Origin: Pseudomonadota bacterium
Lineage (GTDB): Bacteria > Bdellovibrionota_C > UBA2361 > OMII01
DNA: 64,000 nucleotides
NCBI GenBank assembly: GCA_038134595.1
Contig: JAYPVM010000005.1
Span: 64,001 to 128,000, forward strand
Direction of reading: 5' to 3'
Below are positions 9,339-20,463 of the stretch, piece after piece. Numbering within the stretch: position 1 is the stretch's first letter; every line of letters starts with the position of its first letter. The position numbers and the translations under genes were made by a program. Under the pieces are notes generated by a model that worked only from the letters and a program-made list of their open reading frames with translations, did not search any database and was not told the origin of the DNA.

Positions 9339-10505
9339 CTACCCCCATGCTCTGGCACCAATCCCCATTACATATTCTCGCCTTATGCGAACAAGCAGAC
9401 CAACAACACCCAAACAAGCCATCAAGCTTGATCCCCCGTAGCCAACAAGAGGCAATACAAGCCCCTTGGTCGGTAATACTCCTATCACCACGCCAACATT
9501 TAAAAATGCAGGCGCAACTATTATCATCGTAAGACCTACCGTCAGCGCAAAGAGAAACGTATCATCCCGGACTTGCTTCGCCAGCAACAACCCCCGCCAC
9601 AGCAATACCAAAAATCCTATCAGAACCGATATCCCCCCGACAAACCCGAGCTCTTCCGAAATTACCGCAAAAATAAAATCCGTGTGCGCCGCCGGCAAGA
9701 AGAACAACTTCTGTTGCCCTTCTCCCAAACCAACTCCCATCACTTGTCCTGAACCAACCGCTATCAATGACTGTATAAGCTGATAGCCCTTTCCCGAGGC
9801 ATCGGAAAAGGGATTAAGAAAGCTTACTATTCTCATCATGCGATACGGTGATATCGCTACAAGAACACCCAACACTATAGCCAAGCCAACCGAACAAAAT
9901 GCCAAGTGACCCAGCCTCACCCCACACGCAAGCGCCATAGCCAACACAACAAGCAGAATAACAACCGACGATCCAAAGTCTGGTTGTAGCAAAAGCAATC
10001 CAGCTAAAACTCCCACCAAAGCAAAGGGCTTGATGATACCATGTAAAAAAGAGCCAATTTTCATCTCATGCCTGGCAAAGAACCCCGCCATGAACACAAC
10101 AACCCCAACTTTTACAAATTCAGCAGGCTGGAAACGTATAGGCCCAAGCTTAACCCACCGAGAAGCCCCCCCTGCTCGATCGGCGATACCGGGGACGAGG
10201 GGAAAAACTAACATTATAAAACACGCGGGTAGTAAAACTGGGGACAGCTTTTTAATCAGCGAAACAGGCACCTTAGCCGCAACGACCATGAGAAATAAAC
10301 CAAGTAATGCAGAAAGGCTTTGGCGCTTCGCGCAAAACAAGGCATCACCCATACGCTCTTGCGATACGATTCCAGTCGTCGAGTAAACCATAATGAGCCC
10401 GAAACCAACTAGAGCCATGACTGTAAAGATAAATATGTAATCTAACGACGAAGGCGCCTTGAGATCCCTAAATTTTGCGCTGTGTAGATTTCCAATTAAG
10501 TCCAT
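9339..10505 (-). CDS. ftsW: SEDS peptidoglycan polymerase FtsW
   Basis: GASRW, FQPAEFVK, QPDFG, GYQLIQSL, LPAAHTDFIF, LPTKGL.LP..GYGGSS. Confidence 0.95.
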   Translation of the reverse strand: MDLIGNLHSAKFRDLKAPSSLDYIFIFTVMALVGFGLIMVYSTTGIVSQERMGDALFCAKRQSLSALLGLFLMVVAAKVPVSLIKKLSPVLLPACFIMLVFPLVPGIADRAGGASRWVKLGPIRFQPAEFVKVGVVVFMAGFFARHEMKIGSFLHGIIKPFALVGVLAGLLLLQPDFGSSVVILLVVLAMALACGVRLGHLAFCSVGLAIVLGVLVAISPYRMMRIVSFLNPFSDASGKGYQLIQSLIAVGSGQVMGVGLGEGQQKLFFLPAAHTDFIFAVISEELGFVGGISVLIGFLVLLWRGLLLAKQVRDDTFLFALTVGLTMIIVAPAFLNVGVVIGVLPTKGLVLPLVGYGGSSLMACLGVVGLLVRIRREYVMGIGARAWG

Positions 10506-10738
10506 AGGGGTAAGTATGCCAGAACACAACCCCGTTCGACTAGTCCGAATCTTTTCTAAAAATACCAGCAGCCGCCCACACCCTTCATTCCAATCCGACT
10601 TTTTTGAATAAATACTTCGCAAAACTACATAGTCTGCTATCCCACTCTAAAGAGTCGCGGCCAACAACACAACGATCACAAGAGACGCACAAAACCCCAC
10701 TCTAAAGCATATTGGATTACTGTGTCCGCGACTTATGA

Positions 10739-11677
10739 ATGGTACTTTTTACTCTCGTCCCCTTGTCACCCGAGGCCGTGTCGGTAATGATACTCTTAAT
10801 GAAGCCGGACTCTCCCAAAGCCATCAAAATAATACTGTCAGAATCCCCCAATTCGGATACTGAGGGCTTACCTCTATGCGACGCAGAGCCGAGTCACACC
10901 AACATAAATATCGTTGACTTAGGAAATAAAAACGAACCGACGATTATAATGCTCCACGGCTGGGGTCGCTCGGTCGAAAGCCTGCGAGGGTTAGGCGAGT
11001 TACTCGCTACAACCTACCGTGTCATTTTAGTTGATCTACCTGGCTTCGGCGAAAGTCCGCTTCCATTCGAAGCGAGCAATGAAGGTGGAGGATGGAGCAC
11101 CTTAGACTACGCCCATGCGATAGATAACTATATAGACCAGCTTGGTATTAAGTCCTGTACATTGCTTGGGCACTCTTTTGGAGGCAGGATTTCTATCCGA
11201 CTAGCTTCTAGAAACCCCCAAAAATTCACGTCAGTCATTCTCGTGGGGAGCCATGGATTACAGACAAAACGTTCTGCACTATTTAAATTAAAGGCCGCGG
11301 CAATTCGGTTCTCCGGTAGATTCTTAAAATCAGTTGACGGTTGGTTTGGCACCCGACTGTTTGAGCGAGCATTTATTCCCCGATTCGGCTCTATCGACTA
11401 TCAGCAAGCAGGGCAACTTCGCAAAACTCTGGTAAAAACGGTAACCGAAGACCTCACCGAAGAGGCGCGGGAAATAACACAACCCACACTACTTCTCTGG
11501 GGAGAAGAAGACCGGCAAACTCCTCTCGATCTGGCACACAGATTTCATAATCTCATCACTCGTAGCACCCTCTTTACTTTTCCCAACATGGGACACGAAC
11601 CGTTTGCTGACGTTGGCTCGCACACATTGTGTCGATATATTGAGAGGTTTCTCGCAAACAAGGAATCAACGATATGA
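10739..11677 (+). CDS. Alpha/beta-fold hydrolase (true start may be 10787 or 10799)
   Basis: LHGWG, DLPGFG, GHSFGG nucleophile elbow, WGEEDRQTP, GHEPF; ATGA overlap with the next gene. Confidence 0.9.
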   Translation: MVLFTLVPLSPEAVSVMILLMKPDSPKAIKIILSESPNSDTEGLPLCDAEPSHTNINIVDLGNKNEPTIIMLHGWGRSVESLRGLGELLATTYRVILVDLPGFGESPLPFEASNEGGGWSTLDYAHAIDNYIDQLGIKSCTLLGHSFGGRISIRLASRNPQKFTSVILVGSHGLQTKRSALFKLKAAAIRFSGRFLKSVDGWFGTRLFERAFIPRFGSIDYQQAGQLRKTLVKTVTEDLTEEAREITQPTLLLWGEEDRQTPLDLAHRFHNLITRSTLFTFPNMGHEPFADVGSHTLCRYIERFLANKESTI

Positions 11678-13302
11678 CTTTCACGGCTTTACTGTTATTC
11701 TACACGGCCATTGCAGTCTTCACATGGCGGCGACTCCTTCAATACCTACGCTTTTTTCAGCAAGAGGGATACAATCACAAGAGGTTTTACCGGTGGCTCT
11801 ACGATCAGCGACTACTTGACACTCGCTTCACACTCATACTGAGTTCGCTCTGGTTTGCCCTAAGCGTTACCCCTTCATACGTGATCAAAATAGGATTTTT
11901 GTTTATAGCATCAGCTTCTCTTGCTTTCATTTCATTTACCAAAGAGCTCGATCCGCGGACGACAGGCAAGGTGAGGCTTGTAATGACTTCCCGCGCACAA
12001 AAGCTAGCATTTGTGACGCAGCTACTATTTATGACGGTGGCATCGTTGACCTTTTACTACTCGACAGCCGGAGCAACGAGCCCCCTGTCCGGCTTTGGCA
12101 CCCTCATTACTGTAGCTTTAGTGCAAGCCCTTCCCGCATTCTTGATGGTATCAAATTTTCTCTTACGACCCTTTGAATCTTGGGTGCAGGAATCGTTTAA
12201 ATCCGATGCTCTCAAACGCCTACACTCGTGTGCTCCGTACACGGTGGGGATTACTGGTAGCTACGGGAAAACAGGAGCAAAGGCAGCGCTTGGGGAATTA
12301 TTAACTCAATGCTTAGGACCAACCTTTTGGCCGCCACAAGGAATTAATACCGTCATGGGTATTACCCGCTCCATCCGGGAGGGTCTAAACCAGCATCACC
12401 GATATGCCGTTATTGAGATGGGGGCATACAACGTGGGCTCCATAAAACGTCTTTGTGATTTTACACCACCGCAGGCAGCCCTTGTCACCTCGGTCGGGAT
12501 TATGCATCTGGAACGATTTGGAAGTGCAGAAAATGTGTACCGAGCAAAATCGGAACTGGCTGAGAGCGTTCCATCGGATGGAATCCTCGTCTGCAACGGT
12601 GATAGTCATAATGCCCGTCGGATGGCGACTGAGCACCCCAAAGAAACCACCCTGCTTTATGGTTTACAACCGGGGCTAGGGAACCTAGACGTCTATGCGA
12701 CTGAAATATCCTTCACAGCCGCAGGCACGACATTTAATCTCCACTATAACGGGCTTAAATTGAAGGTAGTCACACCACTCTTAGGACGCCCGGCTCTTCT
12801 AAATATACTCGGCGCATACACAATGGCATGCGCTCTGGGCGCAGAACCTCACTATGCCGCTGCATGCCTTGCAAACTTAAAGCCTGTAGATAATAGACTT
12901 GTCTATGACAAACAGCCAAAGGTTTCATACCTCCGCGACGCCTATAACTCAAATCCCATCGGGTTTAACGCGGCATTAGAGGTCCTTAAGGCGATCCCTG
13001 CTTCGAGACGAATTCTCATGACCCCCGGAATGATTGAACTCGGAGAAGCTCAGTATGAGGAGAATAAAAGTGCGGCAATCACCGCCGCATCGGTTGCCGA
13101 CTTAGCTATAATCGTCGGTGAAACCAATCGGGAACCTCTTCTCGCTGGCCTAAAAGAAGGCGGATATTCCGACGAACGGACTGTCGTTGTTGACTCTCGT
13201 GATGAGGCATTTAACTACATCCGTGAAAACGGAGAAACGGGAGACCTAGTTCTCCTTGAAAATGACCTTGGAGATCTCCACGAGGGGCGCGTTCGGTTTT
13301 AA
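11674..13302 (+). CDS. murF: MurF-family ligase with N-terminal transmembrane domain
   Basis: GITGSYGKT P-loop, IEMGA, HLERFGS, DAYNSNP, TPGMIELG; the first ~165 aa are hydrophobic helices. Confidence 0.85.
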   Translation: MTFTALLLFYTAIAVFTWRRLLQYLRFFQQEGYNHKRFYRWLYDQRLLDTRFTLILSSLWFALSVTPSYVIKIGFLFIASASLAFISFTKELDPRTTGKVRLVMTSRAQKLAFVTQLLFMTVASLTFYYSTAGATSPLSGFGTLITVALVQALPAFLMVSNFLLRPFESWVQESFKSDALKRLHSCAPYTVGITGSYGKTGAKAALGELLTQCLGPTFWPPQGINTVMGITRSIREGLNQHHRYAVIEMGAYNVGSIKRLCDFTPPQAALVTSVGIMHLERFGSAENVYRAKSELAESVPSDGILVCNGDSHNARRMATEHPKETTLLYGLQPGLGNLDVYATEISFTAAGTTFNLHYNGLKLKVVTPLLGRPALLNILGAYTMACALGAEPHYAAACLANLKPVDNRLVYDKQPKVSYLRDAYNSNPIGFNAALEVLKAIPASRRILMTPGMIELGEAQYEENKSAAITAASVADLAIIVGETNREPLLAGLKEGGYSDERTVVVDSRDEAFNYIRENGETGDLVLLENDLGDLHEGRVRF

Positions 13303-13320
13303 ATGGGAGAGCCACTAATT

Positions 13321-14535
13321 ATGCAATCAGAAAAACGACTTCGAATCGCCGTCATGTTTGGTGGCCGGTCAGTCGAGCATGAAATTTCGGTCATCACCGC
13401 TCTGCAACTTATGTTAGCAGCCGATCCAGAACGATATGAAATAATTCCTGTATACGTAGCGCCCGATGGTCGCTGGTATACTGGAAAAAGCCTACTTTCT
13501 CGGGAATTCTATCGCCTCTTTCCGAAGCAAGCGCACTCGTTAACAGAGGTCACGCTCCTGCCCAAACCTGGAACTGGAGGATTAACAGTGCTGACCCCCC
13601 CCTCTGTTCTATTCAAAGGCGCTCCCGCTTCGACGAGGATAGGATCGACAATTCCAATTGACATTTTTCTCCCAGTTTTTCACGGCCAGTACGGCGAGGA
13701 TGGCTGTATTCAGGGGTTGTTTGAATTAGCTCAAGTTCCATATACCGGCTCCGATATGACAGCTTCTGCTCTATCGATGAACAAATACGTATGCAAGAGC
13801 GTTCTCAAGGAACATGGCCTACCCGTCTTACCGGGGGTGCTCATCTCAAAAACTGCGGCGCAAAAGGACCTGGTTGGTGTTACAGAGAAGATACTTCTTA
13901 CTCCCGAGCTGTCACGTTTCCCGCTCTTCATCAAACCCTGCAATCTGGGCTCTAGCATCGGGATATCGCGAGTAGAATCGAGAGGAGACTTACCGGGAGC
14001 CCTCGCCAAGGTCTTTCGCTACGACGAGAGCGCTATAGTCGAGCCCTGCATCAGCGATATTATGGAGATAAACGTCTCTGTCCGTGACAATCGCGGCTCC
14101 ATCGAAGCCTCCGTGGTTGAAATTCCCGTCTCCGAGACCGGAGTATTATCATATGAAGAGAAATATCTCCGAGATGGTGGTAAGAAAAACGGTCCATCCC
14201 AAGGGATGGCGAGCTTGACCAGAGTCATCAACCCGACCGATCTTGATTCGACCTTGCGAGATAACGCCGTAGAGCTTGCAAAGCAGGCATTCGACATCTT
14301 AGGATGCTCAGGCGTAGCTCGTATGGATTTCATCGTAGATCTCAAGACAGGCATCCTATACTGCAACGAACTTAACGCACTACCTGGCTCCTGTGCATTC
14401 TATCTCTGGGCTCGTTCAGAACCTCGAATCCTCTATACTGATCTAATTGACACAATGATAGAAACTGCCATCGAACGTTTCGCTAAGAGCCTGTCTCTCG
14501 AACGGAACATCGAACTAAGGGCTCTGAAACGGTAG
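13321..14535 (+). CDS. ddl: D-alanine--D-alanine ligase family protein
   Basis: FGGRSVEHEIS, HGQYGEDG, KPCNLGSSIGI, YEEKY, ARMDF, NELNALPGS; GGAG RBS. Confidence 0.9.
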   Translation: MQSEKRLRIAVMFGGRSVEHEISVITALQLMLAADPERYEIIPVYVAPDGRWYTGKSLLSREFYRLFPKQAHSLTEVTLLPKPGTGGLTVLTPPSVLFKGAPASTRIGSTIPIDIFLPVFHGQYGEDGCIQGLFELAQVPYTGSDMTASALSMNKYVCKSVLKEHGLPVLPGVLISKTAAQKDLVGVTEKILLTPELSRFPLFIKPCNLGSSIGISRVESRGDLPGALAKVFRYDESAIVEPCISDIMEINVSVRDNRGSIEASVVEIPVSETGVLSYEEKYLRDGGKKNGPSQGMASLTRVINPTDLDSTLRDNAVELAKQAFDILGCSGVARMDFIVDLKTGILYCNELNALPGSCAFYLWARSEPRILYTDLIDTMIETAIERFAKSLSLERNIELRALKR

Positions 14536-14541
14536 GAAGCA

Positions 14542-14757
14542 ATGAGTACACACAAGACATCGCAGAAACACACCTGTCGAACATGCAAAAATGCCATACC
14601 AACTGGCTCACAATTTGGCCCCTTCTGCTCTAACCGATGCAAAATGAACGACCTATCGAGGTGGTTTAGTGAAAGTTACGGCATTGAAGCTGTAGATGAC
14701 GACGCAGGGGAAGTTATCCACAATCTCAACGATCCACACCAACAAGAACAAGACTAA
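14542..14757 (+). CDS. yacG: DNA gyrase inhibitor YacG
   Basis: CRTC...PFCSNRCKMNDLSRWFSESY zinc-finger signature with acidic tail. Confidence 0.9.
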   Translation: MSTHKTSQKHTCRTCKNAIPTGSQFGPFCSNRCKMNDLSRWFSESYGIEAVDDDAGEVIHNLNDPHQQEQD

Positions 14758-14801
14758 CCACCGCCTACGAACCTTAAATACTCTCAATAAAACTACCGCT
14801 T

Positions 14802-15161
14802 CTATGAAACACGTCTTGCTTTGGAAATTTGCTTAAGGTGGGGATTAGTTGCGTTAATTACCCCCAGTTTCAAATACTCAGGATTAATCCCCAGAGCTTC
14901 ACAGACAGCTACGAAGGAAAATGTATAATCACTCTCCTTTGATTGTACCCACCGGTATGCTTCCCGATACCGACTGCGTTCTACCTCTGTCTTTGCCAAT
15001 AAAAAATTAACGTACGATTGAATCCCATCGAACAACAATGCCGATAAAAGCTCTCTCTCAGGCCCATCGGCATAGCCAGATCTGCCGTCAAGTAGCTCCT
15101 CAACCACGCCAGCTACAAAACCTCTCTCAATCCTGCATCCTGCATCGGTATCGCCAATCAT
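14802..15161 (-). CDS. Conserved-looking hypothetical protein
   Basis: 119 aa, GAGGGG RBS; ERELLSALL.D....EAYRW....YTFSF..VCEALGINPEYL pattern. Confidence 0.7.
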   Translation of the reverse strand: MIGDTDAGCRIERGFVAGVVEELLDGRSGYADGPERELLSALLFDGIQSYVNFLLAKTEVERSRYREAYRWVQSKESDYTFSFVAVCEALGINPEYLKLGVINATNPHLKQISKARRVS

Positions 15162-15429
15162 AACACAACCCCTCTCGATCTCTGTTATCAGACACTTTTA
15201 ATAAGCAGAACACAGCCGTAGTTCTGTCGCATAAAAAGCTCTGAATTTAAGGCTTCTATTACTTTGGATGCCGGAATCTCGAGTTCGGTGCGGCTCGGCA
15301 CGAATTCTATCTACCTAAATATACTTGCGATTCTATTTTTTCGTGTTTTTTTTGAATCCTTTTCATAGCATTGTTGGTTGATCGAAAAAGATACTTTGGC
15401 GGATTAGTCCAAGCCCCTGCTCTTACTCG

Positions 15430-16560
15430 TCAGAAGTGATCCCACACCGTAATCGCAACCTCAAGAAGTATAAGCAGCACGATAATCCACTCCAAAACCT
15501 CGGAGCGTCGTTGGGCCGCAGCATCGGAAAGCTTTTGATAGATACTATCAAGAGTATCAAGTTTACGACGGATGCTTGAGTTCCAATCAGAGAGATGAAA
15601 CTTCTTTGAACCCAAGGAGTACACACGAGCAAGATACTGATCACCTAGAAGCTTCAAAGCATTCTCCACGGCTTCATACAGTAGCGCCGAGTCAACCTGC
15701 AAACGCGCAACTTTTCTGAGGTTATTCTCAGTGCGCTTCTTATTGAGTAACGTCGAGTAAGCCTCTTCAAGTTGCGCATCAAGCTGTTCGTCGAGAAACC
15801 GCATCTCCATTAGTTCAACGTTACAGAACTCTAATACAGCTCGAACATCCTCAACATCGTCTCCGAAGAACAATGCGCCATTCCAGTCCACCACGACACA
15901 ATCGTTAGTCCCGTATGACGTCCGAGTTGATAACGCATCGCGAACCTCCTCACCACCTAACTGCTCTCGTTCAACTCGCAACAAACTTGCAAAATCATGC
16001 GCACCATCCGAAAGGAGCGATTCGACTGAATGCACTCCTTCAAACCTCTCAAAGTGATACACAACATAACCCTCGACGGAATCGCTCTTCACTGGGCGGA
16101 CTACAGTGTGTTGCAACTCTTCGAGCATCTGCTCGATTCGTAGCTGTGCATCTTGTAGTAAATACGAATTATCGTATAAAACCTCGCCAAGCTCAATTAG
16201 GGGCGCCATTGGGCCGCGAATATCAATTTGATACGTAACAGAACATGCACCGAAATCAAAAATCGTGAGTTCAGTCTGCGGATTTGTAAAAAATTTACCT
16301 AGATTAATTTGCTTGCCCTGCTGAAAGATTCTCAACGGAGGGGGATCGTAATCGAAATACTTAGGCGCCCGTCTATTGCGACGCAACTTGGTTCGCTCGA
16401 CCTCCTGCTTTCTGAGACAAGCTGCCGCTTCATCGAGCTTCATCGACAAGCCGAGCTCGAAAGCAAAGGTTACATAACAAACGCCCTTTTGCAGAAACGG
16501 CACTCGCGAGGCCATAACCGACAAGCTTGGCGTAACTTCCCCAAATTCCTTGCTATTCAC
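15430..16560 (-). CDS. RMD1/DUF155 (YagE-like) family protein
   Basis: IFDFGACSV, GDQYLARVY, C-terminal LEWIIVLLILLEV helix; AGGAG RBS before a GTG start. Confidence 0.75.
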   Translation of the reverse strand: MNSKEFGEVTPSLSVMASRVPFLQKGVCYVTFAFELGLSMKLDEAAACLRKQEVERTKLRRNRRAPKYFDYDPPPLRIFQQGKQINLGKFFTNPQTELTIFDFGACSVTYQIDIRGPMAPLIELGEVLYDNSYLLQDAQLRIEQMLEELQHTVVRPVKSDSVEGYVVYHFERFEGVHSVESLLSDGAHDFASLLRVEREQLGGEEVRDALSTRTSYGTNDCVVVDWNGALFFGDDVEDVRAVLEFCNVELMEMRFLDEQLDAQLEEAYSTLLNKKRTENNLRKVARLQVDSALLYEAVENALKLLGDQYLARVYSLGSKKFHLSDWNSSIRRKLDTLDSIYQKLSDAAAQRRSEVLEWIIVLLILLEVAITVWDHF

Positions 16561-16739
16561 ACAATACTCCTTTGCCTTTAAACCATTATACCGGGTTTTA
16601 AGAAAGATACACGAACAGAAACCCTTTGTAGTAACATCTATATTAATATTAATATCTTAGGTGAGTAAGAGAATGAGTATGCGCTTGGCTCCTTTGTAAA
16701 AACTTGTCGCATTAACTCGTTACATAATACCTGTATAAC

Positions 16740-18353
16740 ATGCAAATCGGAACGCCACTACCAAGGACGAGCGCCTCGAGCGATTCTCACGATTCTGACT
16801 TTCAGCGACATCTAGACCGACTTGACTCGCTCCTTAAACTCCGCCTACCAGACCCCGCATCAAACCAGGTCAAAAAACACTGCGCACGCGGCAAGCTTTT
16901 AGCCCGTGACCGCATTAGCCATCTCATCGACCCTGGTTCGGCATTTCTAGAACTAGCCCCTCTAGCTGGTTTTGACGTCTATCCCGAGCACAAGCTCCCG
17001 CCCGGAGCCGGCATCGTGACCGGCATTGGAATTGTCGACGGAATCCCCACCATGATAATAGCTAACGATGCAACCGTGAAAGGCGGAACATACTTTCCCC
17101 TTACGGTCAAAAAACACATCCGCGCCCAAGAGATTGCTCTTGAGAACAATCTACCGTGTATCTATTTGGTAGATTCCGGCGGCGCTTTTCTACCTCTTCA
17201 AGACGATGTATTTCCCGACAAGGAGCACTTCGGTAGATTGTTCTACAATCAAGCTCGCATGAGTGCTCAGGGAATAGCACAGATTTCAGTTGTACTAGGA
17301 TCGTGCACCGCTGGAGGCGCCTATGTTCCCGCAATGAGCGATGAAGCTATTATCGTCAAAGAACAGGGGATGATTTTCCTTGGCGGCCCCCCGCTCGTTA
17401 AGGCGGCAACAGGCGAAATCGTATCAGCCGAGGAGCTGGGGGGAGGAGACGTTCACTCAAGGATTAGTGGAGTTACGGATCATTTAGCAAGAGACGATTT
17501 TGAAGCACTCCATATAGCCAGGCGCAGTATTGGTACATTAAGAAATACTCAGCCTGTGAGGATCGGACGTGAGAGATCAAAGCCACCACGATTTGACCCT
17601 GTCGAGCTTAATTCACTTATACCCGCTGACCCTCGAAAACACTTCCCAATGCGCGAAATTCTCGCTCGCATCATAGATGATAGTGAACTCGATGAGTTTA
17701 AATCCGAGTACGGAAAAACACTAATATGTGGGTTCGCAAAAATCGATGGCTTTCTAGTTGGAATGCTAGCAAATGATGGCATCCTATTTTCAGAAAGTGC
17801 GCTTAAGGCCGCGCACTTTATCCAACTTTGCGATCAACGCTCTATCCCTCTCGTGTTTTTTCAAAACATTGTCGGTTTCATGGTCGGAAAGGACTATGAA
17901 CACAAAGGCATAGCTAAAGATGGGGCAAAAATGGTAACAGCGGTTGCGTGCGCTAATGTGCCAAAATACACCGTCATCGTGGGTAATTCATATGGAGCTG
18001 GCAACTATGCGATGTGCGGCAGAGCTTACAATCCGCGCTTTCTTTGGACATGGCCTCAAAGTCGCATTGGCGTTATGGGACCTGAACAAGCTGGCAATGT
18101 TCTAACACAGGTCCGGGCAGACAGTTTTTCTGCTCGAGGCGAACACTGGTCAGAAGAAGCGCAGGAAGCCTACTACAATCAAATCAACGACCAATACACC
18201 ACTCAGACCGACGTAGTCTACGGGAGTGCTCGGTTGTGGGACGATGGGATTATCAAACCCGCCGATACACGTGCAACACTAGCTCTCGCCCTTTCGCTCT
18301 CTGTGAAGCCCACCAGCGGTACTTACCGGTCGTATGGAACATTCAGGATGTAA
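16740..18353 (+). CDS. Methylcrotonyl-CoA carboxylase carboxyltransferase (beta) subunit
   Basis: [64 protein letters not shown]. Confidence 0.92.
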   Translation: MQIGTPLPRTSASSDSHDSDFQRHLDRLDSLLKLRLPDPASNQVKKHCARGKLLARDRISHLIDPGSAFLELAPLAGFDVYPEHKLPPGAGIVTGIGIVDGIPTMIIANDATVKGGTYFPLTVKKHIRAQEIALENNLPCIYLVDSGGAFLPLQDDVFPDKEHFGRLFYNQARMSAQGIAQISVVLGSCTAGGAYVPAMSDEAIIVKEQGMIFLGGPPLVKAATGEIVSAEELGGGDVHSRISGVTDHLARDDFEALHIARRSIGTLRNTQPVRIGRERSKPPRFDPVELNSLIPADPRKHFPMREILARIIDDSELDEFKSEYGKTLICGFAKIDGFLVGMLANDGILFSESALKAAHFIQLCDQRSIPLVFFQNIVGFMVGKDYEHKGIAKDGAKMVTAVACANVPKYTVIVGNSYGAGNYAMCGRAYNPRFLWTWPQSRIGVMGPEQAGNVLTQVRADSFSARGEHWSEEAQEAYYNQINDQYTTQTDVVYGSARLWDDGIIKPADTRATLALALSLSVKPTSGTYRSYGTFRM

Positions 18354-18358
18354 GCAAA

Positions 18359-20422
18359 ATGAACCTACCGCGTTCCATCTCTCGGATTCTTATAGCAAAT
18401 AGGGGTGAGATCGCCTCGCGCATCATACGAACCTGTCGAGAGCTTCGGATAGAATCCGTAGCTGTCTACTCAGATATTGATCGACACATGCCCTTTGTTT
18501 CAGATGCTGACATTGCTATCCCGCTCGGTGGAACATCGCAATATCTATCTGGTGAAGCAATCGTACGTGCCTGTATAGAATCGGGGATCGATGCGGTTCA
18601 TCCTGGCTATGGATTCCTATCTGAAGATCCCTCGTTTCCTGAGCTTTTGGAAAAAAATAAAATTAGATTTATCGGCCCATCTGCCAAAAACATCAGAGAC
18701 CTAGGCAACAAGGTCAACGCGAAGAACATTGCTAAACGCGCCAACGTCCCGACTTCTCCCACGCTCCTGCTGCAAGATACACGCAAATCCATAGTCGAAG
18801 GGAAGCTGAAAGCCTTTTTAGAACAGACGTCATACCCGCTCCTCATCAAAGCCGCTGCCGGTGGCGGTGGTCGTGGAATGCGCGTCGTTCACCAACATAG
18901 TGATATTCACAATCTACTCGAAAGCGCCTCTAGAGAGGCGGCAAAGAGTTTTGGAGATGGTGCAGTTTTCATAGAAAAATTCATATCCGAGGCCCGTCAT
19001 ATCGAAGTGCAAATTGCAGGAGATATTACTGGGCGCGTAATAGCCCTCGGCACGCGGGATTGCACAGTACAACGAAACAATCAAAAGATAATCGAAGAAG
19101 CACCCGCTACGAATCTACTTCCAGGGATAGAGGCTGCTTTGTGCGATGCGGCGTGTAGGCTTGCTGAAGCTGTGGAATATAAAAACATAGGCACTGTCGA
19201 ATTCTTATATAACGACGATGGATCGTTTTACTTTCTTGAGGTAAATACACGCCTTCAAGTTGAACATCCAGTAACAGAGTTGGTGACCGGTGTCGATTTG
19301 GTAGCGCTACAAATCCATTTAGCGCAGGGCGGCACCCTCACAGAGTTAGGCTTTCAGGAGAAATTTGCATCGGTTAACGGGCACGCCATCGAAGCTCGTA
19401 TCTGCGCTGAAACATTCGATGGAGCATTTCATCCCAGCACCGGTACTATCGTAGCGATGACATTACCGGCATCATCCGATCAACAAAACAACCCGGTTCG
19501 AACTGACTTTGGATATCAGCCATGCTGTAAAGTAAGTCACCACTACGACTCTCTACTAGGAAAGTTGATTACGCACGGCCCCGACCGATTATCTACCATC
19601 GAAACACTTGAGCATTCATTAGCAGACCTGACGGTATCCGGCGTTGAAACCAATAAGACCCTTCTGCATAGTATTATCACTAACAATAAGTTTCTCGCCC
19701 AAAAGCACTCAATACACGACTCGGATAATTTATTCCCATCCAAAAAAGATCTTCAGTTTCTTCATTTTTTGTCAGCCGCCGCTCACGCAGTTTCAAGAAT
19801 TCTTCTGACTAGAGCGCCGCAGCAAAACGACAGGGTTTGGTACAGTTCCTCACCGTGGGTCCGTTCTCCATCACACAACCTAGTCAGCTATCCATCCTTG
19901 AGTCTTATAAATAATGTACTTCATGAAGCATTCGTACAGTTAGAATCTCCAGATCTATTTCATATCTCGCAGTCGCTACCAGACTCCGACACAATTTCAC
20001 TTCGGGTGAATAAATCAGCTTTTATAAATAGTAACACGTTCTTTATGGCGTGCACGTTAGACACCGGCAAGACCCTTACAGCAAACATCGTACAAGATGG
20101 CCGCGCTAATTGGGTGCACCTGCCTCAAGGCACCACTCTCGTGACCAGCGTTGATAGCTGTAGCACGCTGAACAGTAAGTTCGTTAATGGGTCGGAATCC
20201 ACAGAGATAACCTCTCCACTTCCTGCAACGGTGCTATCAATATCACCAAAAGTCGACGACATCGTTTCAGAGGGAGATACGCTCATCGTACTTGACTCGA
20301 TGAAAATGGAGCATCCGATCCGCTCGCCTCTTTCGGGCACCATCTGCTCTGTTGAAGTTGCTGTAGGCGAAGCTGTATCGGCAAAGCAAGTGCTCCTTCG
20401 GATACTAAACTCCCCTGCATAA
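18359..20422 (+). CDS. Biotin carboxylase + biotin carrier (acyl-CoA carboxylase alpha subunit, probably MCC)
   Basis: LIANRGEIA, HPGYGFLSE, GGGGRGM, EVNTRLQVEHPVTE, C-terminal DSMKME biotinylation site; start at MNLPRS, 5 bp after the beta gene. Confidence 0.92.
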   Translation: MNLPRSISRILIANRGEIASRIIRTCRELRIESVAVYSDIDRHMPFVSDADIAIPLGGTSQYLSGEAIVRACIESGIDAVHPGYGFLSEDPSFPELLEKNKIRFIGPSAKNIRDLGNKVNAKNIAKRANVPTSPTLLLQDTRKSIVEGKLKAFLEQTSYPLLIKAAAGGGGRGMRVVHQHSDIHNLLESASREAAKSFGDGAVFIEKFISEARHIEVQIAGDITGRVIALGTRDCTVQRNNQKIIEEAPATNLLPGIEAALCDAACRLAEAVEYKNIGTVEFLYNDDGSFYFLEVNTRLQVEHPVTELVTGVDLVALQIHLAQGGTLTELGFQEKFASVNGHAIEARICAETFDGAFHPSTGTIVAMTLPASSDQQNNPVRTDFGYQPCCKVSHHYDSLLGKLITHGPDRLSTIETLEHSLADLTVSGVETNKTLLHSIITNNKFLAQKHSIHDSDNLFPSKKDLQFLHFLSAAAHAVSRILLTRAPQQNDRVWYSSSPWVRSPSHNLVSYPSLSLINNVLHEAFVQLESPDLFHISQSLPDSDTISLRVNKSAFINSNTFFMACTLDTGKTLTANIVQDGRANWVHLPQGTTLVTSVDSCSTLNSKFVNGSESTEITSPLPATVLSISPKVDDIVSEGDTLIVLDSMKMEHPIRSPLSGTICSVEVAVGEAVSAKQVLLRILNSPA

Positions 20423-20463
20423 CGCTTAAATACTGAGTATTATTATTGGGCTAACCCACTTCT

